Numbered from the stretch's first letter, positions 37,007-48,206 are shown. The stretch is 64,000 bases of DNA from Spirochaetota bacterium (GCA_965205605.1 CBDBHE010000006.1:160001-224000); one strand, 5' to 3'. Numbers and translations: made by a program. Notes: generated from the sequence alone by a model not told the origin.

Positions 37007-37729
37007 TTATTTATGTTTCCATCTATATTGTTCAACATTTCGAGTGCTTAAAAATAGTAAAAAGACATTAACAAGAATAAAATAAAGAAAATCTTTTAAA
37101 TCAAAAAGACCATTATTAAAACTATTAAAATGAATAATCATTGTTATTTCTTTTAAAATAATTCTAATAAAGGAGTCAAAAAAAGTAGCAATCCATAAAG
37201 TCAGCATCAGACTTAAAGAAATGGCAAAAGCAATAATACTTGAAATAAGTTGATTTTTACTAAGTGAAGAAGCAAAAAGACCAATCGCACAATAAGTAGA
37301 ACCTAGTAAAAAAAAACCAAGGTATTGCAAACTGATCTCAGGCCAATAAAGATTTGTTTTAAATTGCAAATAAAAAGGGCCCAAAAGAGTTTCTAGTAAA
37401 AAGAGTATAAAAATACTCAATATTGCTAAATATTTACCAATAACAATTTCCAAAATACTTAAAGGGGATGTGTATAAAAGACTTAAAGTGTTTTCTTTTT
37501 TTTCATCAGATATCATTTTTACCCCTAAAAGAGGACAGAGAATTAAAGCAATCATTGATAAATTAGAAAAAACATCTTTCATTTTGCTTTGTTGTTGTAA
37601 AAAAGTGCCTGTATAGAAAAAAAGACCGTAAATAGCTAATAAACAAAAAAGAACAATATAAGCTGTCCAAGAAGTAAAAAGCATATAAATTTCTTTTTTA
37701 AAAATAGTCCAAATATTTCTTAAAAACAT
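37007..37729 (-). CDS. GldF-like ABC-2 permease
   Basis: IFKKE, EKKENTLSLLYTSP, IVIGKY, AIGLFASSL.KNQ. Confidence 0.88.
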   Translation of the reverse strand: MFLRNIWTIFKKEIYMLFTSWTAYIVLFCLLAIYGLFFYTGTFLQQQSKMKDVFSNLSMIALILCPLLGVKMISDEKKENTLSLLYTSPLSILEIVIGKYLAILSIFILFLLETLLGPFYLQFKTNLYWPEISLQYLGFFLLGSTYCAIGLFASSLSKNQLISSIIAFAISLSLMLTLWIATFFDSFIRIILKEITMIIHFNSFNNGLFDLKDFLYFILVNVFLLFLSTRNVEQYRWKHK

Positions 37730-37734
37730 TTTTT

Positions 37735-38667
37735 TTAATTTTTTTTAGTTAGTTGTTTGAAGATATTTTCTAAAGAAGTATTTTGATTTAAAAGAGAGGA
37801 AACTTGTAATTGATTTTCAACTAAAAGGCGTAAGATTTTAGGTTGGATGATATTAAAAGATTTTTCGTAAATTAATATTAATTCATTTTCTTTTTTTTCG
37901 ATTTGAATTTCAGGGTATTTTTTTTGAATTAATTTGACCGCTTTTTCGATTTTTTTTTCTGTCTCTGTAAATTGAATACAAAGTCTTTTTTTTTTAAAAA
38001 AGTTTTCTTTAAGAGATTTAATATTTCCTTGCATAATAATTTTGCCTTTGTTTATTAAAATTACATTATCACAAATGGCTTCAATTTCTTGTAAAATATG
38101 AGAAGAAATAATGATGGTTTTGTTGCCACTTTGTTTTTTAATCAAGTCTCTAATACCGACTATTTGATTAGGATCAAGTCCTACAGAAGGTTCATCTAAT
38201 ATCAGGACTTTTGGATTTCCTATAAACGCCATTGCAATGCCGACTCGTTGTTTATAGCCTTTGGAGAGAGTACTAATCTTTTGATTTTTTCTTTCCTCCA
38301 GTTGACAAACTGTTATTACTTTTTTTGCAGCTTCTTTTCGTTTTTGTTTTGAAAACAAACCTTTGAGTTCACTAGCAAACATTAGGTAGCTTTCAACACT
38401 CATTTCTTCATAAAGAGGGGGGACTTCTGCTAGGTAGCCTATTTCTTTTTTGATTTCTCTAGGGTTTTCAAAAACATCTTTATTATTAATCAAACAATTG
38501 CCTTTAGTGGGAAATAAAGAAGCCGATATGATTTTCATTAAAGTACTTTTTCCAGCACCATTCACTCCTAAGAGACCAGTAATTTTATTTTTTTCAATAG
38601 TGGTGTTAATTTGATCAAGTGCAGTGATCTGTTTGTATTTTTTTGTTAAGTAATTTATTGTAATCAA
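37735..38667 (-). CDS. GldA-like ABC transporter ATP-binding protein
   Basis: GVNGAGKST, LSKGYKQRVGIA, LDEPSVGLDPNQ; probable TTG start at 38667 (ORF track start 38730). Confidence 0.9.
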   Translation of the reverse strand: MITINYLTKKYKQITALDQINTTIEKNKITGLLGVNGAGKSTLMKIISASLFPTKGNCLINNKDVFENPREIKKEIGYLAEVPPLYEEMSVESYLMFASELKGLFSKQKRKEAAKKVITVCQLEERKNQKISTLSKGYKQRVGIAMAFIGNPKVLILDEPSVGLDPNQIVGIRDLIKKQSGNKTIIISSHILQEIEAICDNVILINKGKIIMQGNIKSLKENFFKKKRLCIQFTETEKKIEKAVKLIQKKYPEIQIEKKENELILIYEKSFNIIQPKILRLLVENQLQVSSLLNQNTSLENIFKQLTKKN

Positions 38668-38771
38668 AAGGGTTGATTTGATTTTTTTATTTATCCACTT
38701 AATCTTATCATTAGAAAACAAAAACCACATAGATTTAGGATGGTTATTTCTATGTAATAAGGAGATATTTT

Positions 38772-39098
38772 TTGGAAAAAATTAAAAAAAACTATTCTTT
38801 AAAAGAATTGCAAGAATATATGAAACAACTTTGTGAAAAAAGAAATTGGAATCAAGTTTCTCATTTGGAAAAATTTTTACTTTTTAGTGAAGAAGTGGGT
38901 GAGCTTGCAAAAGCGATAAGAGAGTTTCTTTCAATTAGTGTGGAAAAAAAGAAAAGCAAGAAAGGAAAAAAAGATTTAAAGGAAGAGTTTGCAGATGTTT
39001 TGAATTATTTTTTAGATTTAGCTAATGGATTTGATATTGATCTTGAAGAGGCTTTTTTGTTAAAAGATAGAAAAAATATGAAAAGGGTTTGGTTTTAA
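38772..39098 (+). CDS. MazG-like nucleotide pyrophosphohydrolase
   Basis: EEVGELAKAIR, EEFADV, IDLEEAF; AAGGAG RBS with TTG start. Confidence 0.9.
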   Translation: MEKIKKNYSLKELQEYMKQLCEKRNWNQVSHLEKFLLFSEEVGELAKAIREFLSISVEKKKSKKGKKDLKEEFADVLNYFLDLANGFDIDLEEAFLLKDRKNMKRVWF

Positions 39099-39111
39099 AA
39101 AAAGAAGATTA

Positions 39112-40317
39112 TTAAAGAATTGTTTTTAAAATAGCATTGATTTTCCATTCAGTTTCTTGCCATTCTTTTAAAGGGTTAGAATCTCGAGTGATACCGGCTC
39201 CTGCGTAAGAAACAACAAAGGAAGGGTAAGCTTGTAAAGAACGAATATTGACAAAAAGGTGGCTTTGATCATTGAGATTAACAGGGCCTAAAAATCCAGA
39301 ATAGTAAGAGCGATCGTGTGGCTCATAAGTGTTGATCAACTTTTGAGAAGGTTTTTTTGGGATTCCACAAACAGCTGAAGTGGGTTGAATTAATTTTAAA
39401 ATTGATTCTGCTAAAAAAGGCCTTTTTAATTTTTTAAGATTGATTGTAAAGAAAGATTTAAGGTGAAGTAAATTGCCAGCTTGAATACTCCTAGGCCCTT
39501 CTATATCAAATTCTCTTAATCGAATCGATTTAAAACATTCAATAATATATTTTGTCACCAAAGCTTGTTCTTCAATTTCTTTTTGAGACCAGAGAACGTC
39601 TTTCATTTTTTTTGATTTGTTAAAAGTCTGTGTTCCAGCTAGAGAAATTGTTTTAAGTATTTTTTTGTCTAGTTCAATAAGAATTTCAGGAGAAGCGCCT
39701 ATCCATGTTCCAAATAAATGAGAACAACATAAAAAAACAAATGAATCGGGGTTATTATCCAATAGTTTTTTATACATTGAAATCAGATTAATTTGTTTAT
39801 TTAATTTTGTTGTTTTTTGGCGAGAAAAAACAATTTTTTCTAATTTTTTTTCTTTGATTTTTTTAATCATTAAGGCGGTTTTTTTTATAAAAAAATCTTT
39901 AGAAATATCTTTTTTTTTAAATTGATACCAAGTGCTTTCTTTAAAATAAGAGGAATTTTCTCTTTTATTAGGAGGGTTTTTTTTGAGAAGATTTTGATAA
40001 AAGAGTCGATTTTTTTTTGAAGATTCTTTCGTTGGAAAAACAAGTTGATTTTTATTTGAATTGTATAAGAGATGAGCTTGAAAGAAATGTTTTTTACTTC
40101 CTTTAAAGTTATGAAAAACAAAACCAGGGTTTTTTTTAGTGAAAAGATGCTTTGGGTAAGTGGGAGGTTTTGAATCAAAATTAATGAGACAAAGCGTTTC
40201 TTCTTTATTAGGAAGTCTCCATAAAAAGAAGTGATGATTTCTTGTAAAGCAGGCGTTTAGAAGGGATTCTATTTTATAAAAAAAAGCGTTTATTTTTTTT
40301 GATTTTTGAAATTCCAA
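39112..40317 (-). CDS. menF: Isochorismate synthase / chorismate-binding protein
   Basis: KIVFSR, WIGASPE, SLAGT, KEIEEQ, PTSAVCG.P, YYSGFLGP, AGAGIT..S...EWQETEWK. Confidence 0.8.
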   Translation of the reverse strand: MEFQKSKKINAFFYKIESLLNACFTRNHHFFLWRLPNKEETLCLINFDSKPPTYPKHLFTKKNPGFVFHNFKGSKKHFFQAHLLYNSNKNQLVFPTKESSKKNRLFYQNLLKKNPPNKRENSSYFKESTWYQFKKKDISKDFFIKKTALMIKKIKEKKLEKIVFSRQKTTKLNKQINLISMYKKLLDNNPDSFVFLCCSHLFGTWIGASPEILIELDKKILKTISLAGTQTFNKSKKMKDVLWSQKEIEEQALVTKYIIECFKSIRLREFDIEGPRSIQAGNLLHLKSFFTINLKKLKRPFLAESILKLIQPTSAVCGIPKKPSQKLINTYEPHDRSYYSGFLGPVNLNDQSHLFVNIRSLQAYPSFVVSYAGAGITRDSNPLKEWQETEWKINAILKTIL

Positions 40318-40329
40318 AGAGTAATTAAT

Positions 40330-42795
40330 TTATGATTCAAAATACTTTCTTTTTTTATCGATGACAAACCAAATAAAAATGCTTGCAAATACTAGATAGT
40401 TTAAAAGAGTAATGAAAAATCCAATCCTATTAGGTTGATAGAGAATGGTAATTTTTTTTGTATCTTCATTTAAATAAAAACCATTAAAAAAATAATTTAC
40501 TGGAAAATGAGCAAGTTTTTTACCATTAGCATACGCTTTCCAATGGTTGTTGTACTTATTAGCAAGGACTAAAATGTTGTCTTTAGCATTAGAAACTTCT
40601 AAATGGTATTGATTGTCAGAAAAGGATTTTATGTTAAAAGAAGATAAAACAGGTAAGGTGATTTGGTTGGTATTTAAGAAGCTGGGTTGTTTAAAAAAAA
40701 TGGCTTCGTTAGAGAAGTTGAAATTAGAGCTGTTTAGATGAGTAAAGAAAGCTTCTTTGTTAGAAATAACGCTGTAATGATTTGCTAAATAAACCCTTGG
40801 AGAATAATTTTTTAGTTCATAAAGAAATACACTTTCTTGGATTACCTCAAAACTATATTGCTTTTTAAAGTTAAGTTCGTTATGAAAAATAGGTTGTTGA
40901 AATAAAATATAGCGAACGTTGGCTAGTTTAAGATGATTTAGAGTTTGATAATTATTCATTTTTTTAAAGTAAGTTTTAATATCATCAGGCCATTTTCTAA
41001 TCGCTCTATAGTCAATTAAATCAATTGAATAGTAAGGAGAAAGCGTCCATATAAAATGTTTGAGGTATTGTTTTTGAGTAATAACTTTAGTTCTAAATGG
41101 TTTTTTTTGTTTTTCTTCTAATAAGAAGTCAATAAGCTTGTCTTTTTGAATATTTTTTTTGGCATCAATAAAGAGAATGTATTTTCTGTTAATAAGATAA
41201 AAATCAAAAAAAGAAAACACAAGAAAATAAATAAAGATAAGCTTTGCTGTTTTTAAAGTCAGTTGATTTTTTTTCATTAAGTAAATGAGGTAAAACAAAG
41301 GAAAAATTGCTAATGAATAAATCATGAAGAATCTAAAACTTTGTTTAAAAATATTTGTAATGACTAAATGACTGAGTTTAAAACCAATGAGATTTGAAAG
41401 ATGGTTTTCAAATTTATTGGAATTAAAGGCAAAAATAATAAAAGAAAGTATTGAGACAATAAAAATTGTAATTAGTATCAATTGAAAGGGGGGGTATTTT
41501 TTTTTACTTAAATCCAAGTCTTTTTTTTCTAAAATATTTTTAATAGTGATATAAAAATGATTGATTGAATAGGCGGACAAAGTAAAAATAGAAAAGTGAA
41601 AAAGATGTAAAAATTTGTTGGGATTTCTAAACTCATCCATAAAAGGAATGTGGTAAAAAAATTGGTATAAAGGGAAGAATCTTCCGTAAGATAGGAGTAG
41701 GGAAATAATGACAGCTCCTCCCCAAAATAGCTTAATTTTTCTTGGCGTAATGAATAGAGCATAAATAAAAAATATAAAGCAAATCACTCCTAAGTAGTTG
41801 GAAGTGTAGGAATAGTTATAAAAACCTCTTTGGTGCTTTTCCCAGTTGGGGCTTTGCCCTGTTTTGCCCCAGTAGGGATTTTCCTTACTCCCTGTGTAAT
41901 AACCAAAAATGCCTGGGGCAAAAAATTCGATTGTTTCTATAGGAGCAAGAGACCATTGTGTTGCCCAGTCCCATTTTTGTTTGGAGGATTGTTGGTTGGT
42001 TGTTTTTTTTTCAAAAGGAATGATTTTCGAATAATCTTTTTTAACAAACACATAGGCATAATGTTCAATACTTTGGTAGGCAAAGAAGATAGAAAAAAAA
42101 GGGATTAATAAAAAAAGAAGAAGCTTTTTTTTCATTTTTGAAAAAAATAATTGAAAAGATAAAAAGTTTTTTTCTTTTTTTTCTATGATTAAAAAAGGAA
42201 TGTAACAAACAAGCATGATAACAAAATATAAGCTTGTTTGGACAGCTTCGGAAATAAAAGCAAAGGATAAAAACAAGGTAGTAAGGAGTGCATTTGGGAG
42301 ATGATTTTTTTTAGACATAAAATAATATCGCAGTGTCCCAAAAGCTAAAAAGAAAAAACATATCGAAAACATTTTTCCAATATGACCGGTACGAATATAA
42401 GTAAAGTACATCGGTGAAAATGTGAATAAAAAAGAAACAACAATAGAGGGGATTTTTTGAAAAAAATGACTTTTACAAAAAAAGTAAGCAGAAAATAAAG
42501 TAAGTGAAAGAATAAAAATATAAAGAAGATGAATGGCAATGATGGGAGGAAAAAGCCAATAAAAGATATTTTGGATATTAAAAGAAGTAATTTTCCCGGC
42601 TCCAAAAAGAGTGTTGTTGCTCCAATTGCCTATAAATCCTCTAGGTAGTTCTTGATGGATGAGATTTGTCCATTCTAGTCTGAGATCGTCAGCGTAGACA
42701 AGTTTGCCTTTGAAAATGAAAGGAGCGAAGGTAATGAAGATAAGAGAAATGAAGATAATTAAGGGAATTTGTAAGGATTTTTTTTTTAGATTCAA
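40330..42795 (-). CDS. YfhO-family polytopic membrane glycosyltransferase-like protein
   Basis: Many TMs, GHIGK, WSLAPIE, YWG, YLG, FRNPNKF, C-terminal Y..HWKAYANG; AGGGAG RBS with TTG start. Confidence 0.8.
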   Translation of the reverse strand: MNLKKKSLQIPLIIFISLIFITFAPFIFKGKLVYADDLRLEWTNLIHQELPRGFIGNWSNNTLFGAGKITSFNIQNIFYWLFPPIIAIHLLYIFILSLTLFSAYFFCKSHFFQKIPSIVVSFLFTFSPMYFTYIRTGHIGKMFSICFFFLAFGTLRYYFMSKKNHLPNALLTTLFLSFAFISEAVQTSLYFVIMLVCYIPFLIIEKKEKNFLSFQLFFSKMKKKLLLFLLIPFFSIFFAYQSIEHYAYVFVKKDYSKIIPFEKKTTNQQSSKQKWDWATQWSLAPIETIEFFAPGIFGYYTGSKENPYWGKTGQSPNWEKHQRGFYNYSYTSNYLGVICFIFFIYALFITPRKIKLFWGGAVIISLLLSYGRFFPLYQFFYHIPFMDEFRNPNKFLHLFHFSIFTLSAYSINHFYITIKNILEKKDLDLSKKKYPPFQLILITIFIVSILSFIIFAFNSNKFENHLSNLIGFKLSHLVITNIFKQSFRFFMIYSLAIFPLFYLIYLMKKNQLTLKTAKLIFIYFLVFSFFDFYLINRKYILFIDAKKNIQKDKLIDFLLEEKQKKPFRTKVITQKQYLKHFIWTLSPYYSIDLIDYRAIRKWPDDIKTYFKKMNNYQTLNHLKLANVRYILFQQPIFHNELNFKKQYSFEVIQESVFLYELKNYSPRVYLANHYSVISNKEAFFTHLNSSNFNFSNEAIFFKQPSFLNTNQITLPVLSSFNIKSFSDNQYHLEVSNAKDNILVLANKYNNHWKAYANGKKLAHFPVNYFFNGFYLNEDTKKITILYQPNRIGFFITLLNYLVFASIFIWFVIDKKRKYFES

Positions 42796-42826
42796 ATTGT
42801 TTTTCTCCCTACATTAATTTTAAAAA

Positions 42827-42840
42827 TTGGGTTAACCCAA
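42827..42840. promoter_or_regulatory. Perfect 14-bp palindrome TTGGGTTAACCCAA, possible operator
   Basis: Between divergent yfhO-like gene and eno; GC-containing palindrome in an AT-rich background. Confidence 0.45.
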
Positions 42841-42911
42841 AGGTATTGTTTTTATTTTTATTGTATGATGAATGTAAAAAATAATAAAACCATTCAATTA
42901 ATCTAGCTTAA

Positions 42912-44231
<1,320 letters not shown>

Positions 44232-44237
44232 AAAAAA

Positions 44238-45041
44238 TTATTTTTTTTCTTCTAAGTCTTGTTGGAGTTTTTTATCCCAAGTTTGATATTTCTTTTTAAG
44301 GATTTCAGCTTGCTCCTTTTCGCCAAGTAAAATATGGAGTCTTCTATGAAAGGCAACAAAGGCAAGAGCTTTTTTCATATCAGAGACTTGTTTTTGAGTC
44401 AGTTCGTATTTATTTCGATATAGCTCAGCAGCTTCATCTAGTTTTGATGTTACCAGGTTTAACATATTCATTCGTTCAGCATACTTTGGAATAGCAGGGT
44501 TTAGATTTTTGATAAGATTTGGAAAATCAACCATGTTTTTCATCGCTCTAATAAAACTTCCTTCTAAATCGACCAAAGACCATTTCCATTTAGAGTTTTC
44601 TCCAGATAGATTTTTTAATCGATCAATAGTAAATCCAAATCTTTTTATTTTTTCAAATTGTTCTAAATTAGAGATCTTATTATTAATATAACTAAACCCC
44701 TTTGCTAACTGAGCAGGAGGAATATCTATTTCATTACCTACTAAAGATTCTAAGTAATTGACGATTGAAATACAATTTTTTCTAGCTAAATCTAAATAAG
44801 CTTCATTTTTGAAATTTAAAATATTGATACTAGTAATACAAATAGTAATTTGATAACAAGTTTCTTTAAAAATAAGATCGATCACTTCTAATGTTTTATT
44901 TGTTTTATTCTCTAAATCAAGGTCATTAACTAGCATGAGTTCTTTTTTTATTTTAGCTATATAGATGGAAATAACCTCAATAGCGTTCTTTAAAGGAGCT
45001 ATTTGCTTGTCATAAATTGCTTTTTCTGTTATTTGAAACAT
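44238..45041 (-). CDS. Conserved helical hypothetical protein of spirochaete type
   Basis: GENSKWKWSLVDLEG, AELYRNKYEL; recalled as similar to uncharacterised Treponema/Borrelia proteins. Confidence 0.7.
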   Translation of the reverse strand: MFQITEKAIYDKQIAPLKNAIEVISIYIAKIKKELMLVNDLDLENKTNKTLEVIDLIFKETCYQITICITSINILNFKNEAYLDLARKNCISIVNYLESLVGNEIDIPPAQLAKGFSYINNKISNLEQFEKIKRFGFTIDRLKNLSGENSKWKWSLVDLEGSFIRAMKNMVDFPNLIKNLNPAIPKYAERMNMLNLVTSKLDEAAELYRNKYELTQKQVSDMKKALAFVAFHRRLHILLGEKEQAEILKKKYQTWDKKLQQDLEEKK

Positions 45042-45094
45042 TTTTAGATAAAATTCACTTTATTAAATTTTCCATTTTATGTATCATGTTAGTA

Positions 45095-45122
45095 TCTTCG
45101 GCTATATAAGGTGTTTTTTTTA
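45095..45122 (-). promoter_or_regulatory. Putative sigma28 (FliA/SigD) promoter
   Basis: Minus strand TAAA-N16-GCCGAAGA about 54 nt upstream of the ATG at 45041. Confidence 0.4.
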
Positions 45123-45157
45123 AAGATAATTTTAATTGATTCATTGGTTTTTTCAAA

Positions 45158-46417
45158 TTGTTTGGCTATCACCTACTTAAAAATGAAGCTGATTTTTTAT
45201 CTTTAATCAATCAAAGACGTCTTTCAACAGGCAATTTATTACTTTACAAAAATTATTATTATTATTTTTATTATAAATCTTATATTTATGGTCTTTATAA
45301 AGTTGATAAAATTGATAATTTTTTTTATTTTTTTAAAAAAAAGGATTATCAATCAATTTATTTCTCTCCTCTTAAAGAAAAAGAAGAAAAAATAAATAAA
45401 TATTTAAAAGACACAAAAAATGTTTTGAATTTTTTTAAAAAAAGAATTCAAAAAAGAAAAGAAATTTATTTACAAATGATTTTTCTCAGTAAAAATAAGT
45501 TGCATTTTCGTTGGTGTTCGAGAGAATCTAGTGAATTATTTGGTTTTTATAGTAAAACTTTTTCTAAAAAATGCTTATTATCTTTGGAGAAAATTATGAA
45601 TCTTTTTAAAAAACAAGAAGTTAATTCTGAGTTCATGCACTTAATTTTTAGAAAAGAAGGTTATTTTTTATATAAAACTTTGATTGATTCTAATTTGGAA
45701 GATGTTTTGGAAAAATCTTCAAATATTTATATTAAAAATAATGCCAATATTCCTTTTAATTATTTTTTTGATGGCAAGCAGTATCTTTTTGAAAAAGCGT
45801 ATATCGTTTGTCATAAACCATTTCCTTTTTTATCTAAAGAAAATGAGATTAGGAGCGAAGAGAAGCATTATTGTTCTGTGATGATGCCTTGTAAGTTTGA
45901 TATGTTTATGGTGGAAGAATTTGAAAAAATCTTAGAATTATTTCAATTAAAAAAAACAATTCCATTTCAATCGATTCGTTTTTTATCTAATGCGACGGAG
46001 TTTATGAGTAAATTAGCTACTTCTTGGTGGGTTCATTTCATAGGTCATGGCAAAATTATTAAAGATGATTTTTGTTTTTGTTTGAGTGAACAAGAAATTT
46101 TATTTGTTAGCACGTTAGTTGAAAATGCTATCAGGGCACCTAAAGTATTGATTATGAGTGCTTGTCATTCTCTGCATTCTTCCTTGCAAGAATGGTTTTT
46201 TACTTCAGGGGGTGAGGTTTTAATTGGATCTAGAGGGGATGTGGCTTCACAAGAGCTAGTTAAGCTTTTTATTGATTTTTATTTAGAGCTGTTTGAAAAA
46301 AAACTAACACTTAACGAAGCCTTTTATAATGTGAAAGTAGCTTCGCTTAAAAAAGAAGAAACGAGCTGTTTCCATTTAGAATTAATTGGCAATGGGGATG
46401 GATTTTTATACATTTGA
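45158..46417 (+). CDS. CHAT-domain (caspase HetF-like) protein
   Basis: IPFNYFFDG, VHFIGHG (His) and LIMSACHS (Cys) dyad, FYLELF, final LIGNG. Confidence 0.75.
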   Translation: MFGYHLLKNEADFLSLINQRRLSTGNLLLYKNYYYYFYYKSYIYGLYKVDKIDNFFYFFKKKDYQSIYFSPLKEKEEKINKYLKDTKNVLNFFKKRIQKRKEIYLQMIFLSKNKLHFRWCSRESSELFGFYSKTFSKKCLLSLEKIMNLFKKQEVNSEFMHLIFRKEGYFLYKTLIDSNLEDVLEKSSNIYIKNNANIPFNYFFDGKQYLFEKAYIVCHKPFPFLSKENEIRSEEKHYCSVMMPCKFDMFMVEEFEKILELFQLKKTIPFQSIRFLSNATEFMSKLATSWWVHFIGHGKIIKDDFCFCLSEQEILFVSTLVENAIRAPKVLIMSACHSLHSSLQEWFFTSGGEVLIGSRGDVASQELVKLFIDFYLELFEKKLTLNEAFYNVKVASLKKEETSCFHLELIGNGDGFLYI

Positions 46418-48199
46418 TTAAAATAATTTTTTGTCGGCTTGTTTAATCAGTTTTCGATGAAAATTCAAAAGAGTTTTCTCATTTTTTTGATCCCCAAAGA
46501 AATCACAAGAAATTCTAAACACAGGCTCTGTTTTAGAACCTCTCATCCAAAGGAATCCTCTTTTTTCATTTTTTTGATTAAAAAAAAGAACTTTAAAGCC
46601 GCCTTCTCCTTTACCGATTTGTTTTTTAGGGCCGATTAGGACCTTATCAGCTTCATAATTTAAAAACTGATAATCATAGAAGTCATATTTTTTTTTCCAT
46701 TTTTCTTTGTTTATTTTAAAAGCTTGTTCGAATTGTTGTTCATAGATTTTTTTTAAAGCTTTAGGATTGTTGCTTTTAAGATAAACTAAAGCTCTTTTTT
46801 CAAAAACGGCAGTTGTTGTATACCAATTAATTGCTTTTTGGAAGAAATAAAGAAGGTCTTCTTTATTTTTTTCTAATAGAGTTGGGTTTAAATTAAGTTT
46901 TTTTACAGCGATAAATAAAAGAGAGTTTTGAGATTTGGGCTCTTTTAAAAAAATAAATTTCAAAAGACTCATTAGTGTTAGCAATGGATCGCGTATTGTA
47001 GAAGGGAGTGTAATATTACCTCCATTACTTCCTTCTCCTAACATATGGACGTAAAAACCTTTTTTTTTTTTTTTTTTTGCTAATGAAAGCAAATTGGCTT
47101 CTCCTACTTCTGCTTGAAAGAAAGAAACGTTAAAAGCAGAGCAAATTTGATCAATTCTAAGAGAAGTGGCGTCGTTAGCAATAATGGCTAATTTTTTCAA
47201 TTTTTGAGGATAAAAAAGTGTAATAAAAGAGAGTTCTGAAATCACACAAAGGGCAAAAACCATTTGAGCTTGGAGGATCACAGGCTTGTTATTGTAACAA
47301 ACAACAATATTACCCCTATCGCCATCACAATCAGGGCAATATCCTAAGAGGAATGGTTTTTTTTGTTTTTTCATAAAAACTTTTAGCATATTTAAAGATT
47401 TGCCTTCGGGGACAATTTTATGAGCAAAGTGACCTAATTTTTCGTTAATAGATTTAAAGTGAATGTGGTAAGTGCTTAAGTAATGTTTGTCAATTGAGTT
47501 AATACGGCTTGAGCCATTGAAATCACAAGCTAAAAAATAATTTTTTTTTAAAAAATTATTTTGAAAACTCTTTTTAATTAAATTATTTTTATGCTGAAAA
47601 CAAACTTGATCAATAAGCTCAGCATATTTTTTTTCAGAAGCCAAAAGATGTTTTTTCGAGAGAGTGGCAGTAGGAGGATTTATTTTTTGGTATAAGCGAA
47701 TGAAGTTGTTTGCTTTTAATTGATTTGAACAGGTTTTTTTAAATTGTGTTATTAATTGATTCATTTCTTTTTGGTGGAGGACTTCTCCCTTCTCATTTCC
47801 GATTTTGAGTCCATTGTATCCGGGAGGATTGTGAGAAGCGGTTAAATAGATCACTTTAAAAAGACTTTTTTTTTTTTTGACATAGGCCATTACTTGAGGA
47901 ATGGCAGTAATCCCAATATTTTCTATTGGGATTTGATAAAAATTAAAAACGTTGTAGATAATTTTTAAGATTTCTTTCCCTGTAGGTCTAGAATCTCTAG
48001 CAAGTAAAATTTTTTTTTTTAGAAGTAAAGGGTGCTTTTTAATTAAAAAATCAGCAATCACGAAAGCAGCAACAATCATCAAATTTTCATTAAAAATTCC
48101 AATTGATTTTTGAAGGCTGTTTTCTTTTTTATTTTCAGCGAATATTTTTCGCCACCCCGAATAACTTAATATAAAATTTTCTAGATTTAAATTAAGCAT
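46418..48199 (-). CDS. Phosphoglucomutase/phosphomannomutase family protein
   Basis: ARDSRPTG, TASHNP, PDCDGDRG, EVGEAN, GEGSNGG, MRGSKTEPVFR. Confidence 0.9.
   Translation of the reverse strand: MLNLNLENFILSYSGWRKIFAENKKENSLQKSIGIFNENLMIVAAFVIADFLIKKHPLLLKKKILLARDSRPTGKEILKIIYNVFNFYQIPIENIGITAIPQVMAYVKKKKSLFKVIYLTASHNPPGYNGLKIGNEKGEVLHQKEMNQLITQFKKTCSNQLKANNFIRLYQKINPPTATLSKKHLLASEKKYAELIDQVCFQHKNNLIKKSFQNNFLKKNYFLACDFNGSSRINSIDKHYLSTYHIHFKSINEKLGHFAHKIVPEGKSLNMLKVFMKKQKKPFLLGYCPDCDGDRGNIVVCYNNKPVILQAQMVFALCVISELSFITLFYPQKLKKLAIIANDATSLRIDQICSAFNVSFFQAEVGEANLLSLAKKKKKKGFYVHMLGEGSNGGNITLPSTIRDPLLTLMSLLKFIFLKEPKSQNSLLFIAVKKLNLNPTLLEKNKEDLLYFFQKAINWYTTTAVFEKRALVYLKSNNPKALKKIYEQQFEQAFKINKEKWKKKYDFYDYQFLNYEADKVLIGPKKQIGKGEGGFKVLFFNQKNEKRGFLWMRGSKTEPVFRISCDFFGDQKNEKTLLNFHRKLIKQADKKLF
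47060..47078 (-). repeat. A19 homopolymer within the phosphohexomutase CDS (encodes A-KKKKKK)
   Basis: 19 consecutive T on the + strand, reading frame preserved. Confidence 0.9.
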
Positions 48200-48206
48200 C
48201 TAAAAA

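Noticed and set aside
35385-38667. Gliding motility system
   Set aside because: GldAFG-like ABC transporters are widespread outside gliding bacteria; no gldK/L/M/N or spr genes in the window
38772-39098. MazG-like gene as an anti-phage defence component
   Set aside because: Stand-alone house-cleaning type with no defence-associated neighbours
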